A model generated the notes under the pieces. That model saw only the letters and a program-made list of their open reading frames with translations. It was not told the DNA's origin and did not search any database. From Candidatus Eiseniibacteriota bacterium (GTDB taxonomy: Bacteria; Eisenbacteria; RBG-16-71-46; CAVPCR01): 64,000 nt of DNA. The DNA is taken from the NCBI GenBank assembly GCA_963823555.1, contig CAWGMA010000003.1, forward strand, positions 32,001 through 96,000, read 5' to 3'. Position 1 is the stretch's first letter; the number at the start of each line of letters is the position of its first letter. A program made the translations under genes and the position numbers. Below, piece by piece: positions 9,645-18,767 of this stretch.

Positions 9645-11435
9645 TCACCGGGCGAGCACGATCTTCTCCGAGATACTCCGGCCACCGGCTTCGAGGCGGC
9701 AGATATAGACGCCGGAGCGCACCGCGCGGCCGACCTCGTCCTCCCCATTCCAGGCGATCGCGTGATACCCGGCTTCGCGCCCGCCATCCACCAGGACGCG
9801 GACATTGCGACCACGTACGTCGTAGATCTGCAGGACCACCCGTGCCGGTTCCGGCAGCTCGTAACGGATCAGAGTCGAGGGATTGAAGGGATTGGGGCGG
9901 ATCGGACCGAGAGCGACGCGCTGGGGCGACCCCGCAGACGCCAGAGGATCGTCACCCACCGCGGTCTGCTCGCTGATCTCCGCGGTCGTTGAACAGCAGC
10001 TCACACCATCGCGGTCATCGGTCACACAGAGCGCGACCGTGAAGCTGCCGGTGCCGGCGTACGTGTGCTGCGGGGTCGGACCGGTCCCGGTCGTGCCGTC
10101 GCCGAAATCCCACTGGTACTCGACGATCGTACCGTCGGGGTCCTGCGACCCGCGGCCATCGAAGGTGATGGTCTCCCCGACTTCGCCGGAGTACGGGCCA
10201 CCGGCGTCGCAGAGCGGGAGCGCGTTCACATCGGCGCTGGTCGGGCACGAGCTGAAGCGCCCACTCGCGTCCGTTACCGTCAGGGTGACCGTGTACACGC
10301 CGGGAAGCTCGTAGACGTGGGAAGCAAGGGCTCCGATGCCCAGCAGGCCGTCCCCGAAATCCCAGAAATACGCCACCACGCTGCCACCGGGATCCGGGTC
10401 GTAGGACGCCGAGCCGTCGAACTCGAGCGCGGATCCGGCCTCACCGCTGTAGGGCCCGCCCGCATCGCAGATCGGCTCGACACCGCTGCACGGATCATCC
10501 ATCTGCGTGCCGCAGGTCGAGACCCCGGGCGGCGGCGAACCGTTGATGCCCGCATTCAGCACGCTGGCGAAGTCCACGCTGTGGTCCCCGGCCAGCCCGG
10601 TCCATCGCAGCCGCCCCGGCAACACTCCGGGCCCGATGGGGAAGCCTTCGAGCTTGATCCATGCCGGCGCGGAGTCACTTACGAAGAAGCGGATCTTGCT
10701 GAAGACACGCGGCCCATCGAGGAACACGTTCTGCCCCACGGTGGTCGATGCAGCGTAACTGTAGCGAGGGTAGATATCGAACCGCCCCCACCCCTGGATC
10801 TCACCGCCGTTCGCCATCATCACCTGCTGCCCCGAGATCCAGATGTTCTCGCTGGAAACCACGCCGATCTCCATGAAGGACGCCTGCGAGTAGCCGTCGA
10901 CGACGACATAGAGACTGTCGATCGTACCCGCGCCAATCGTCTTCTCTCGCACGATGGTGGTTGGATCACTGGAGAAGGAAAGGGCCACGCTCCCTTGACA
11001 CTGATCCGGCTGCATGCCGGACGGCGTACCGGGGCAGGCTCGGCGGAAGATCCCCTGCCTGAGCAGTTCCAGATCGATGATGAAGACCGATCCATCGCCG
11101 TTGAGATCGGCACTCAGGCCCGGACCGAAGAGCATCCACTGCCGGCCGAACAGCCCGAAATCGACCGCATCCGAGTAGCAGTCGTGGTTCAACTCGGCGG
11201 CAGCGGTATTGAGGTAGGCGTCCCGGCCGCAGAACTCGGCGTCTTCCCAGAGGCCGTCATGGCAAATGGCGAGCGCGGCTGCGCCCGGCGGCTGATCCGC
11301 GGGGACCACTCCGGGGGGCCATCCCGATGAGAATCCAAACTCGACCCGCGCCGGCGAATCGGCAAGCGCGGCGCCAGGCCAGACCAATGATGCGATACAG
11401 ATGAATAGGTTCGCAGCACATGCTCGCGCCTTCAC
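9645..11435 (-). CDS. Secreted protein with two PKD domains and FlgD-Ig/T9SS-like C-terminus
   Basis: GTG start after GGAGGT; two DAGGPYSG...FDG..S.DPD...WDFGDG repeats; DLNGDG Ca-binding loop; PNPFNP...EKIVLAR. Confidence 0.8.
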   Translation of the reverse strand: MKARACAANLFICIASLVWPGAALADSPARVEFGFSSGWPPGVVPADQPPGAAALAICHDGLWEDAEFCGRDAYLNTAAAELNHDCYSDAVDFGLFGRQWMLFGPGLSADLNGDGSVFIIDLELLRQGIFRRACPGTPSGMQPDQCQGSVALSFSSDPTTIVREKTIGAGTIDSLYVVVDGYSQASFMEIGVVSSENIWISGQQVMMANGGEIQGWGRFDIYPRYSYAASTTVGQNVFLDGPRVFSKIRFFVSDSAPAWIKLEGFPIGPGVLPGRLRWTGLAGDHSVDFASVLNAGINGSPPPGVSTCGTQMDDPCSGVEPICDAGGPYSGEAGSALEFDGSASYDPDPGGSVVAYFWDFGDGLLGIGALASHVYELPGVYTVTLTVTDASGRFSSCPTSADVNALPLCDAGGPYSGEVGETITFDGRGSQDPDGTIVEYQWDFGDGTTGTGPTPQHTYAGTGSFTVALCVTDDRDGVSCCSTTAEISEQTAVGDDPLASAGSPQRVALGPIRPNPFNPSTLIRYELPEPARVVLQIYDVRGRNVRVLVDGGREAGYHAIAWNGEDEVGRAVRSGVYICRLEAGGRSISEKIVLAR

Positions 11436-11564
11436 GGTGCACCTCCAGGCGGTCCAGAGTCCATGGCGGGTGCAGCGCGGTTCCGGTCGACCACCCGCCT
11501 TCACAAGAGGTGACGACGCGGGCGGTCCGACGACGGGGGAAAAGGAGCGAACAAGGGAGGCGAG

Positions 11565-12149
11565 TCAGCTCAGCGCTGGCCGCAGCCGGCGCCGCATGAT
11601 CGGCCGCGTGGGAGAGCGGCGGGCGGCCTCCCTGAATCCCGCGGCGCGATAGAGCGTAGCCGGACCATGATAGGCGAACGCATCCGCGGTCTTGCCGCTC
11701 GCGGGCTCGACGGCGTAGCCCTCGACGATGCAGCCACCTTGTCGTCTGACGAAGTCGACAGCGGCTCGAAGCAGCAACGTCGCCACGCCGCGCCGCCGGT
11801 ACTCCTTCTGGATGAAGAAACAGACCACCGACCACACCGGCTTCGAATCGACCGGGCTCAGGATCTTCGAGCGCGCGAGGCGGGGGAACTCCTCGCGGGG
11901 CGCGACCGAGCACCACCCGACGGGGGTGCCTTCGTGATAGGCGAGAATCCCGGGGATCGCACCCCCGCCGACGATCGCCTTCATCGCGCGCCGGTTCTTC
12001 TCTCCCTTTTGGGCGTTGAACTCCCGGCTGCTCACTCGCCACCACATGCACCAGCAGCCACCGCAAGCGCCGCGCGGCCCGAAGAGCGCGACGAAATCCG
12101 GCCATGTCTCCGGGGTCAGTTCGCGGAAAGTGAGCTTCTGACGGGCCAT
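11565..12149 (-). CDS. GNAT family N-acetyltransferase
   Basis: GCWCMWWR, WSVVCFFI..EYRRRGVA..LL, VEGYAV. Confidence 0.88.
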   Translation of the reverse strand: MARQKLTFRELTPETWPDFVALFGPRGACGGCWCMWWRVSSREFNAQKGEKNRRAMKAIVGGGAIPGILAYHEGTPVGWCSVAPREEFPRLARSKILSPVDSKPVWSVVCFFIQKEYRRRGVATLLLRAAVDFVRRQGGCIVEGYAVEPASGKTADAFAYHGPATLYRAAGFREAARRSPTRPIMRRRLRPALS

Positions 12150-12160
12150 CACATCCCTTC

Positions 12161-13030
12161 TCAGCACGACGCGTCGGCGGGCCGGAGCTCGATCAATCCC
12201 CCGGCCACCCAGGTCGGCGGCGCCGCGCCATAGGCTTCCGATGTGTCTTCCACAACGAGTTCATGGATCGTGGCTGTGAACGGTCCCATGAGGTGCCGGA
12301 CCACTTGACCCACGTCACGGGCATCGCTCTTGTTGTCGACACAGTGCTGATTGTACTCGCGGTAGCGGCCGGCTCCGAGGAGCGCGAACCCCTCGTCGAT
12401 CTTGCGTCGCGCGCGCTCGAGTCCCCCCTGCTCGGGAAGAAGGGCTCGCTCCGCTGGATCCCCGTAACCCACGCCATGGTGGAAGGGGTCGGCCGTGGCC
12501 ACGATGACCGAGTCGCGCGCGCGCTGCTCGAGCTCGCCGATCCCGGGCAGCCGCTCGGGATGGCCCCCCGCGAGATGCGGATAGCGGAGGACGAGCTCCG
12601 GGCCATCGATACCCCGCCGCTGCGTCTCCACGCCCCACAGAAAGAGGAAGTGATCGAGGGAGAACTCCTGCCTCCAGTCCTCGTGGCCCGCGAGCCCCGG
12701 CCCTTGGATGCCCCATGACCGCTCGTTGCTCGGATCGCTGCCCTCCGCGACTCGCCGGCGCGCCGTCTCGAGCTCCGGGGTCAGGGCGTGGAGCACCCCG
12801 ATCACCAGCACCCGCTCGGCATCCGTGTCGAGAGCCGCATGCACCGCCGCCGCGATCAGATGGCCGCAGGTCTCGATGCCGGCGTGCGGAAAGATGACGG
12901 CGCCCCCCGCCTTGAGCGCGGGCGCCAGGCACCATGCCCTACCGGCATCGAGGAGTCGATGGGCACCATCCGGGCCAAGACGGCGCTGCGCCTCGGTCGA
13001 AAGGTGCTTGTAATCGGGCAGGCGGCGCAT
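12161..13030 (-). CDS. Hypothetical protein, distant MEMO1/AmmeMemoRadiSam-B-like
   Basis: IFPHAG, VIGVLH, EFSLD and ATADPFHHG resemble the MEMO motifs PHAG, GPSH, EHS.E and SSDF.H.G in order. Confidence 0.5.
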   Translation of the reverse strand: MRRLPDYKHLSTEAQRRLGPDGAHRLLDAGRAWCLAPALKAGGAVIFPHAGIETCGHLIAAAVHAALDTDAERVLVIGVLHALTPELETARRRVAEGSDPSNERSWGIQGPGLAGHEDWRQEFSLDHFLFLWGVETQRRGIDGPELVLRYPHLAGGHPERLPGIGELEQRARDSVIVATADPFHHGVGYGDPAERALLPEQGGLERARRKIDEGFALLGAGRYREYNQHCVDNKSDARDVGQVVRHLMGPFTATIHELVVEDTSEAYGAAPPTWVAGGLIELRPADASC

Positions 13031-13046
13031 CGGAGTCTCGACGCAC

Positions 13047-14138
13047 TCAGGGGAAGGAATAGCTCACGCCGGTTGTGATCGTGAGATCGTTCTTCGCTGC
13101 ATCCCCTGTCCCTGGCGGCCTGGCATCGTAGGATTCCTGGAGCGTGAGCTCGATATAGAGGTTCTTGATGGTCTCCCAGCGCCCGGTTGCGCTGAAGCTG
13201 AGGCGATAGCGCTCGAGATCGTTGAGGCTCACCGAGGGAGTCAGGTTCACCGTCAGATCGCGCTTCGGCCGTTCGTAGAAGAATCGCTGCAGGTTCAAGG
13301 GGGCGCTCAGTTCCGAGGAGGTTTCGTAATCAGCCCCTCCCACCGAACGCTCTGATACCCCGGATACCGCGAGCGCCAGGCTCAGTATCTGGTGGTTCTC
13401 CTTGACCAGAAACCGGCCCCCGCCGAGCCAGATGGTGAACCGGGGATCGTATCCCTGGTCCGGGTTCTGTTCGCCCTTGAAGCCGCTGACCACCAGCAGC
13501 CGCTCCGGCAGATTCCGGGTGCCTTCGAGCGACACCCAGTTTCTGATCGTCTCCGCGGCATTCTCCTGCGAGGAGAAGAAGCTCGATCCCTGGAGGTTCA
13601 CGGTCCATTTCCGGCTCACGTACGTTACGGTCCCGTTCGCGCTCCACTGCACCACGGTGTTGGCCTGAGAGTATCCAAAGCCCAACCCGGCGTCGCCCGA
13701 GAGGCGAGACCAGAACGTCTTGTTGATAGGGGTGATGCTGACCACATCGAACATCAACAGGCTCTCATCCGCTCCCTCCACACCGCGCACCGTGATCCTG
13801 CCCGCCTCATCGCCCGGCGCCAGGGTCCCGAAGTACCTGAGTCCGTCCTCGTCCTCGACCTCATAGAGATACTTCGAGGTGACCTCGGCCACCCACTCCC
13901 ACTTGAGGTAGATCTTGTCGGGTGAGGGATCGGTGCTCAGCGTGAGCTGGGCGCGGCTCATCCCCTTGATCTCGCCGGTCAGGACATCCCCGTTGGCGAG
14001 CTTGATGACATCGGTCTTGGGGTGGGCGTGGGCGAGCTCGAAGAGCCCGAGCAATGACAACGCAATGACGGCAATCTGGGTGATTGCGACGAGATGGAGT
14101 GAGCGACCGGGCGTTGTGAGCCCTCCGCTGGCAGCCAT
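13047..14138 (-). CDS. DUF481-like outer-membrane beta-barrel protein (start uncertain)
   Basis: KTDVIKLANGDVLTGEIK N-domain, amphipathic strands, C-terminal GVSYSF. Confidence 0.7.
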   Translation of the reverse strand: MAASGGLTTPGRSLHLVAITQIAVIALSLLGLFELAHAHPKTDVIKLANGDVLTGEIKGMSRAQLTLSTDPSPDKIYLKWEWVAEVTSKYLYEVEDEDGLRYFGTLAPGDEAGRITVRGVEGADESLLMFDVVSITPINKTFWSRLSGDAGLGFGYSQANTVVQWSANGTVTYVSRKWTVNLQGSSFFSSQENAAETIRNWVSLEGTRNLPERLLVVSGFKGEQNPDQGYDPRFTIWLGGGRFLVKENHQILSLALAVSGVSERSVGGADYETSSELSAPLNLQRFFYERPKRDLTVNLTPSVSLNDLERYRLSFSATGRWETIKNLYIELTLQESYDARPPGTGDAAKNDLTITTGVSYSFP

Positions 14139-14403
14139 GGCGGGGACTCTACGCCAGCAACGAATACAGGGCAACACGGACGCCCAGCCCCGCACGGAGC
14201 GGCTGTCGGCCCGGCTGCCCATGTGCATCATGCATCAGCCTGGTGCAGTCCGCAGCCGTCGGGGAGCTGGGTTCGGGCCGGCATGACCGGCGCAAGCGGC
14301 TGCAGGAAGGCTTCTTCCTCACCCCCTGGGGTCCGGCATCGTCCTTGCTCAGCGCCATACGAACCCCAACCCGTCATTCACCAGGTACCAAGAAGGAAGA
14401 ACG

Positions 14404-15156
14404 ATGACTCGAGCACTGATCCTCGTCGCCATCGCCGCCCTGGCCGTGGTTTCAGCGTGCGGCGATAGCAGCCAGCCCAGAACCTCACAGCTCTCCCTCT
14501 CGGCCACCACGCGTCCGCCCGGGAGCCGCCTCGCCGCCGGAGCGCCGCTCCCGGCCGCGGCATCGGACACGCTCTTCGATGGCGAGAACACCCTGATCGT
14601 TACCCGCGCCGAGGTTGTGCTCAAGGAGGTCGAGCTCGAGACCATCGACTCGCCCGACTGCGACGAGGACTCCTCCGGCTGCGACGAATTCACGAGTGGC
14701 CCGATCCTTCTCGACCTGCCGCTCGACGGCGGAACAGAGCAGGTGGTGGCGATCGCGGTCACACCGGGGAGCTATGACGAGGTCGAGTTCGACATCCACA
14801 AAGTGAGCGGTGACGACCCGGCGGAGGCCGTCTTCCGCCAGGCTCACCCCCAGATGGAGGACGCGAGCATCCGTGTCGAGGGCACGTTCAACGGTGAGGC
14901 GTTCACGTTCGTGACCGATCTCGACGAGGAGCAGGAGCGGGAACTATCGCCCCCACTAGTCATCGCCGATGATTCGGACCCTGCCAATGTCACCTTGCGC
15001 TTCGACATGTCGCGCTGGTTCCGCGACTCGTCGGGCACGCTCATCGACCCGCGGACCGCCACCACCGGCGAGCCGAACGAGAGCATGGTCGAGGAGAATA
15101 TCAAGAACTCGATCAAGGCCTTCGAGGACGACGACCACGACGGCGAGGAAGACTGA
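14404..15156 (+). CDS. Hypothetical lipoprotein (DUF4382-like)
   Basis: Lipobox VSAC; acidic beta-rich body; RBS AAGGAAG. Confidence 0.65.
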   Translation: MTRALILVAIAALAVVSACGDSSQPRTSQLSLSATTRPPGSRLAAGAPLPAAASDTLFDGENTLIVTRAEVVLKEVELETIDSPDCDEDSSGCDEFTSGPILLDLPLDGGTEQVVAIAVTPGSYDEVEFDIHKVSGDDPAEAVFRQAHPQMEDASIRVEGTFNGEAFTFVTDLDEEQERELSPPLVIADDSDPANVTLRFDMSRWFRDSSGTLIDPRTATTGEPNESMVEENIKNSIKAFEDDDHDGEED

Positions 15157-15272
15157 TCCCGACTGTCATCCGCCCTTGACGGCCAGGCCCACCAGGGACT
15201 GGCCGTTCGCGTCCCGATGTCGTAGGATTCGCCCCGTCAAGGTCCCAGACTGGCAACCCGACGGGAGTGATC

Positions 15273-16022
15273 ATGAAGAGAATCAGCCTGATCCCATGTG
15301 CCGTAGCCTGCCTGCTCGCCGCATTCCTGATGGCGGGTGGCGCCCAGGCCCAGGTCCCCGACCAGTTCACGAACCTCAAGGTCTTCCCCAAGGACGTCGG
15401 CAAGCGCGAGCTGGTGGACGCGATGAAGGACTTCTCGGCGGCGCTCGGCGTGCGCTGCACCCACTGCCACGTCCAGAAGGCTCCAGGGGACTTCTCCTCG
15501 ATCGACTGGGCCACGGATGAACTGGATCACAAGAAGGTCGCCCGCGGCATGATGGCCATGGTGGGGGAGATCAACAAGAAGCTGCTCCCCGCCGCGGGCG
15601 AGAAGAATGCCCAGGTGAGCTGCATCACCTGCCATCGCGGTCTCACGGACCCCGCCACCCTTGATCAGGTGCTGCTCGAGGTCACCGAGAAGGAAGGCGC
15701 GCCGGCCGCCGCGGCCAAGTACAAGGAGCTGCGCCAGGACTACTACGGCACCGGGTCCTACGATTTCAGCCCCGAGACCCTGGGCCAGGTGGCACAGGTC
15801 CTCGCCCAGGAGAAGGGCGACATGAACGCCGCCATGACCATGGTCGACCTCAATCTCGAGATGAATCCCAAGGATGCCGAGAGCCACCTGATGAAGGCGC
15901 ACATGCTGCAAGCCAAGGGTGACACCGCCGGCGCCCTGGCGAGCGTGAACAAGGCGCTCGAGCTGGATCCGGAGAACGAGCAGGCCAAGAAGATGCTCGA
16001 GCAGTTGCAGCAGGCGAAGTAG
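15273..16022 (+). CDS. Diheme c-type cytochrome (reaction-centre cytochrome c-like fold) with C-terminal TPR
   Basis: Signal peptide; NLKVFP, ALGVRCTHCH, VSCITCHRG; TPR-like KALELDPEN. Confidence 0.82.
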   Translation: MKRISLIPCAVACLLAAFLMAGGAQAQVPDQFTNLKVFPKDVGKRELVDAMKDFSAALGVRCTHCHVQKAPGDFSSIDWATDELDHKKVARGMMAMVGEINKKLLPAAGEKNAQVSCITCHRGLTDPATLDQVLLEVTEKEGAPAAAAKYKELRQDYYGTGSYDFSPETLGQVAQVLAQEKGDMNAAMTMVDLNLEMNPKDAESHLMKAHMLQAKGDTAGALASVNKALELDPENEQAKKMLEQLQQAK

Positions 16023-16060
16023 CAGATCGGTTCGGCCTCTGGTCCCTGGGAGAGTGAATC

Positions 16061-16495
16061 GTGCGCGGAAGGAAGCTCTTGTGGAGGAGCGCGGCCGTCG
16101 TGGCCGCGCTCCTCGTGTTGATCCAGTTCTGGCCGGTGAAACGCACCAACCCGCCGGTGACGTCGGACGTGGTTGCCTCCACCGAGGTCAAGGCGCTCCT
16201 GCGCCGCGCCTGCTACGACTGCCATTCGAACGAGACCCGCTGGCCGTGGTACAGCCGCGTGGCGCCGGTCTCGTGGCTCCTTGCGGATCACGTCAAGGAC
16301 GGACGCAAGGACTTGAACTTCTCCGAGTGGCCCGTTCTCGATTTCGAGGCCCAGCAGGAGGCGTTCGAGGACATCACCAAGCAGCTCCAAGAGGGCAAGA
16401 TGCCGCTTCTGAGCTACAAGCTCGGACACCCCGAATCCTGGCTCAACGCCGAGGAGCGAGCGGTCCTTCTCGACTGGGCGCGCCCGGGGGACTAG
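16061..16495 (+). CDS. Haem-binding domain (Haem_bd) cytochrome
   Basis: ACYDCHSNET.WPWYS..AP.SW, LNFSEW, MP..Y...H. Confidence 0.88.
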   Translation: MRGRKLLWRSAAVVAALLVLIQFWPVKRTNPPVTSDVVASTEVKALLRRACYDCHSNETRWPWYSRVAPVSWLLADHVKDGRKDLNFSEWPVLDFEAQQEAFEDITKQLQEGKMPLLSYKLGHPESWLNAEERAVLLDWARPGD

Positions 16496-16507
16496 GCCGC
16501 TCCGACC

Positions 16508-17230
16508 CTACGGCTGCGTCAGCTCCACGAGCTCGACGCGCTCGCCACCGACCTCGAGCACGACACCGATCCCCGAAGCGTAGTACTTGTTCTCATGAGC
16601 GCCGGACTCGAGGCCGTTCCACTCCTCGATCTGGACACATCCGGTGAAGTCGCCGTAGGGGACCGTGGCGGACTGATCGACGGCGATGACCTTCCCCCAG
16701 TCCTCCGCCTCATCCTCGTAGTACTCCTGCCGGTACTCCTCCCCGATATGCGCGCCGGGATTGCTCCACATGATGATCCCGGGGAGCGCGCCATCGACGC
16801 CCCACTCCCAGGAACCCTCGGTGCTCACGACCTGGCCGTCCTCGATCTCCTTCGAATCCTCCCCCAGATACCAGACGTTGCCCTCGATGTCCTGGGCGAA
16901 CCAATCGAATGTCGCTTCGATCAGACCTCCATCGAGGTAGACGCTGTCGCTGACGGCCGTGGCCGTGACGCCGTTCACCACCCGCGGCGCCGAGAGGACC
17001 TCGACCACGATCCTCTCGTGGCCCTCATCGGTGTCGGCTTCGAAGACCGCCCGCGTCCCCGGGACGAGCGGGAAGAAGGCGTTGGTCACGGCGCCGGCCC
17101 ATTCGGTCGGGAGCTCCGGGTGGTAGGGCGGGCTCATTGGATTGTCGTCGCAGCCTGCGGCCGAGAAGACGCACGCCACGAGCACCAGGACTGCGAACGC
17201 CCGATGGCAGGCAACGAAACATGAACGCAT
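16508..17230 (-). CDS. Hypothetical lipoprotein
   Basis: Lipobox AAGC; DWFAQD..GNVWYLGE and YRQEYY...AED motifs; RBS AAAGGGG. Confidence 0.7.
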   Translation of the reverse strand: MRSCFVACHRAFAVLVLVACVFSAAGCDDNPMSPPYHPELPTEWAGAVTNAFFPLVPGTRAVFEADTDEGHERIVVEVLSAPRVVNGVTATAVSDSVYLDGGLIEATFDWFAQDIEGNVWYLGEDSKEIEDGQVVSTEGSWEWGVDGALPGIIMWSNPGAHIGEEYRQEYYEDEAEDWGKVIAVDQSATVPYGDFTGCVQIEEWNGLESGAHENKYYASGIGVVLEVGGERVELVELTQP

Positions 17231-17276
17231 GGCATTCCCCTTTCCGGTCCGCTCGGACCCGCTGGTGATCACGGAG

Positions 17277-17305
17277 GGAGCAAGCGAGACGTTGGATTTG
17301 TGACA
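17277..17305 (-). promoter_or_regulatory. Putative ECF-sigma promoter TGTCACA-N17-GCTCC
   Basis: Shares TGTCACAAATCC and the 17-nt spacing with the element upstream of the ECF sigma gene. Confidence 0.6.
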
Positions 17306-17323
17306 GCCGCCCCGGCCGCGATC

Positions 17324-18097
17324 CTAGGGTTCGAGCGGGAGCAAGTACGATCCGCGGAGGTCTGCCGCTTCGGTGAGGACGCGCGCGCCTTCCTTGAGAA
17401 AGACCTGCCTTCCGGCCACCCGGATCTCGACCCGGGGTGCCGCGCGCGGGATCTGGATCTCGAAGCTGGCCCCCGAACCCGTGTTGTCGACAACGAGTCG
17501 ATCCACCTCCGAGGTGAAGGTCGCCGCCCCTTGCGCGGTGCGGACGAGCACGTCGTCGCCGGCGGTGAGCAGCACTTCGATCGCGCCAGCGGACTGGGTT
17601 TGCACGAACTCGATCGAGAGGTTCGGCCCCGGCGCGACGGCGATGCCACCGCTCGCCGGCGGCGCGACGGCCGGACCCGGCGTCACCTCCGGGGCAATGG
17701 GGATCGAAGGACGCGTGAGCGATCCGATGCGCTCCACGACCGCATCCACCCATCCGGGCACGGGAGATCCGGGAAGGGCATACGCCGCACCGGCGATGCC
17801 GAGCGCCACGAGGAGGCCGGCCGCTCGCCGGCGCCACTGGGATCGCGCTCCGCGCGGCGCCGAGGCCGAGATTGTGGCGCTCCGCGCCCTCGCCATCACG
17901 TCTCCGGCGGCCACAAGAGGCGGCTCGTGGTCGAGCTCCTGGAGCAGCCTGAGCACCGCGGCCTCTTCCCGTTCTGCCACGGCCACGCGCTCACGACAAG
18001 CGCCACAGTCCCTCATGTGCATGCGGGCAGGAGCATCCGCCGCGACGGGCAGCTCGCTGTGCAAGAGGCGTTCTATCCGTTCGTCATCGAGGTGCAT
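17324..18097 (-). CDS. Zinc-binding (ZAS) transmembrane anti-sigma factor
   Basis: HLDDE...HMRDCGAC (HxxxCxxC), one TM helix, overlaps the sigma gene stop. Confidence 0.82.
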   Translation of the reverse strand: MHLDDERIERLLHSELPVAADAPARMHMRDCGACRERVAVAEREEAAVLRLLQELDHEPPLVAAGDVMARARSATISASAPRGARSQWRRRAAGLLVALGIAGAAYALPGSPVPGWVDAVVERIGSLTRPSIPIAPEVTPGPAVAPPASGGIAVAPGPNLSIEFVQTQSAGAIEVLLTAGDDVLVRTAQGAATFTSEVDRLVVDNTGSGASFEIQIPRAAPRVEIRVAGRQVFLKEGARVLTEAADLRGSYLLPLEP

Positions 18098-18617
18098 CGC
18101 AAGCACCCTCCGTCCTCGCGTAGATCTCGCGGAATGCGCGCTTGGCGCGCGCCAGGAGCACCCCCACACTCGCTTCGTTCAGCTCGAGGGCCGCCGCGAT
18201 ATCGCGGTAGCGGTAGCCCTCGGCCATGAGCAGCAGCATCGCCCGTTCGCGCTCCGGCAGTTGCTCGAGCGCTCGCCGCACGGCCCGGCGGGAATCCTCC
18301 GCCATCGCCGTCTCATCCGGAGCTGGAGACGGCGGGGCGTGCATGCTCTCCGCTCCCTCCCTGGCCAAGAGACTCAGCCGCCGCCTGCGCGTCGTCATCT
18401 GGTTCCGGAAGAGGTTCAAGGCCACGGTGATGAGCCAGGCTTCCGGCGTCTCCGGCATCGCCCCCCTCTGATAGAGCTTGATGAACGCCTCCTGCACCAG
18501 GTCCGACGCCAGCTCCGGCTCGCCCGAGAGACGATCCATGACGCGCCACAGCCGCTGAAAGTGGCTATCGAAAAGCTCCACGAATCGATCGTGGAACGAT
18601 GTGGTTCCCGCGTTCAG
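18084..18617 (-). CDS. ECF (sigma-70 group 4) sigma factor; start uncertain, CTG at 18617 proposed
   Basis: Region 2 DLVQEAFIKL..WLITVALN; region 4 LPERER..LLL..EGYRYRDIA..L..SVGVLLARA. Confidence 0.88.
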   Translation of the reverse strand: MNAGTTSFHDRFVELFDSHFQRLWRVMDRLSGEPELASDLVQEAFIKLYQRGAMPETPEAWLITVALNLFRNQMTTRRRRLSLLAREGAESMHAPPSPAPDETAMAEDSRRAVRRALEQLPERERAMLLLMAEGYRYRDIAAALELNEASVGVLLARAKRAFREIYARTEGACDAPR

Positions 18618-18698
18618 TGGACCTCGCTCCTGTGGCGACCGTGATTCGACCGCGCCGCACTGAGGCCGCGCACCGGCAGCCCAATGGGCCTCATCATA

Positions 18699-18727
18699 GG
18701 AACCCCAGGCCCGGGGGATTTGTGACA
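18699..18727 (-). promoter_or_regulatory. Putative autoregulated ECF promoter TGTCACA-N17-GTTCC
   Basis: Directly upstream of the sigma gene; second copy at 17277-17305. Confidence 0.6.
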
Positions 18728-18767
18728 CTCCGGGGTGGATCCGGCGCTGTCCCGGACCGGCCGGGAC

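Noticed and set aside
15273..16022. Evidence for photosynthesis from a reaction-centre-cytochrome-like protein
   Set aside because: Only two hemes plus TPR, and no puf/bch genes; this fold also occurs in non-phototrophs.
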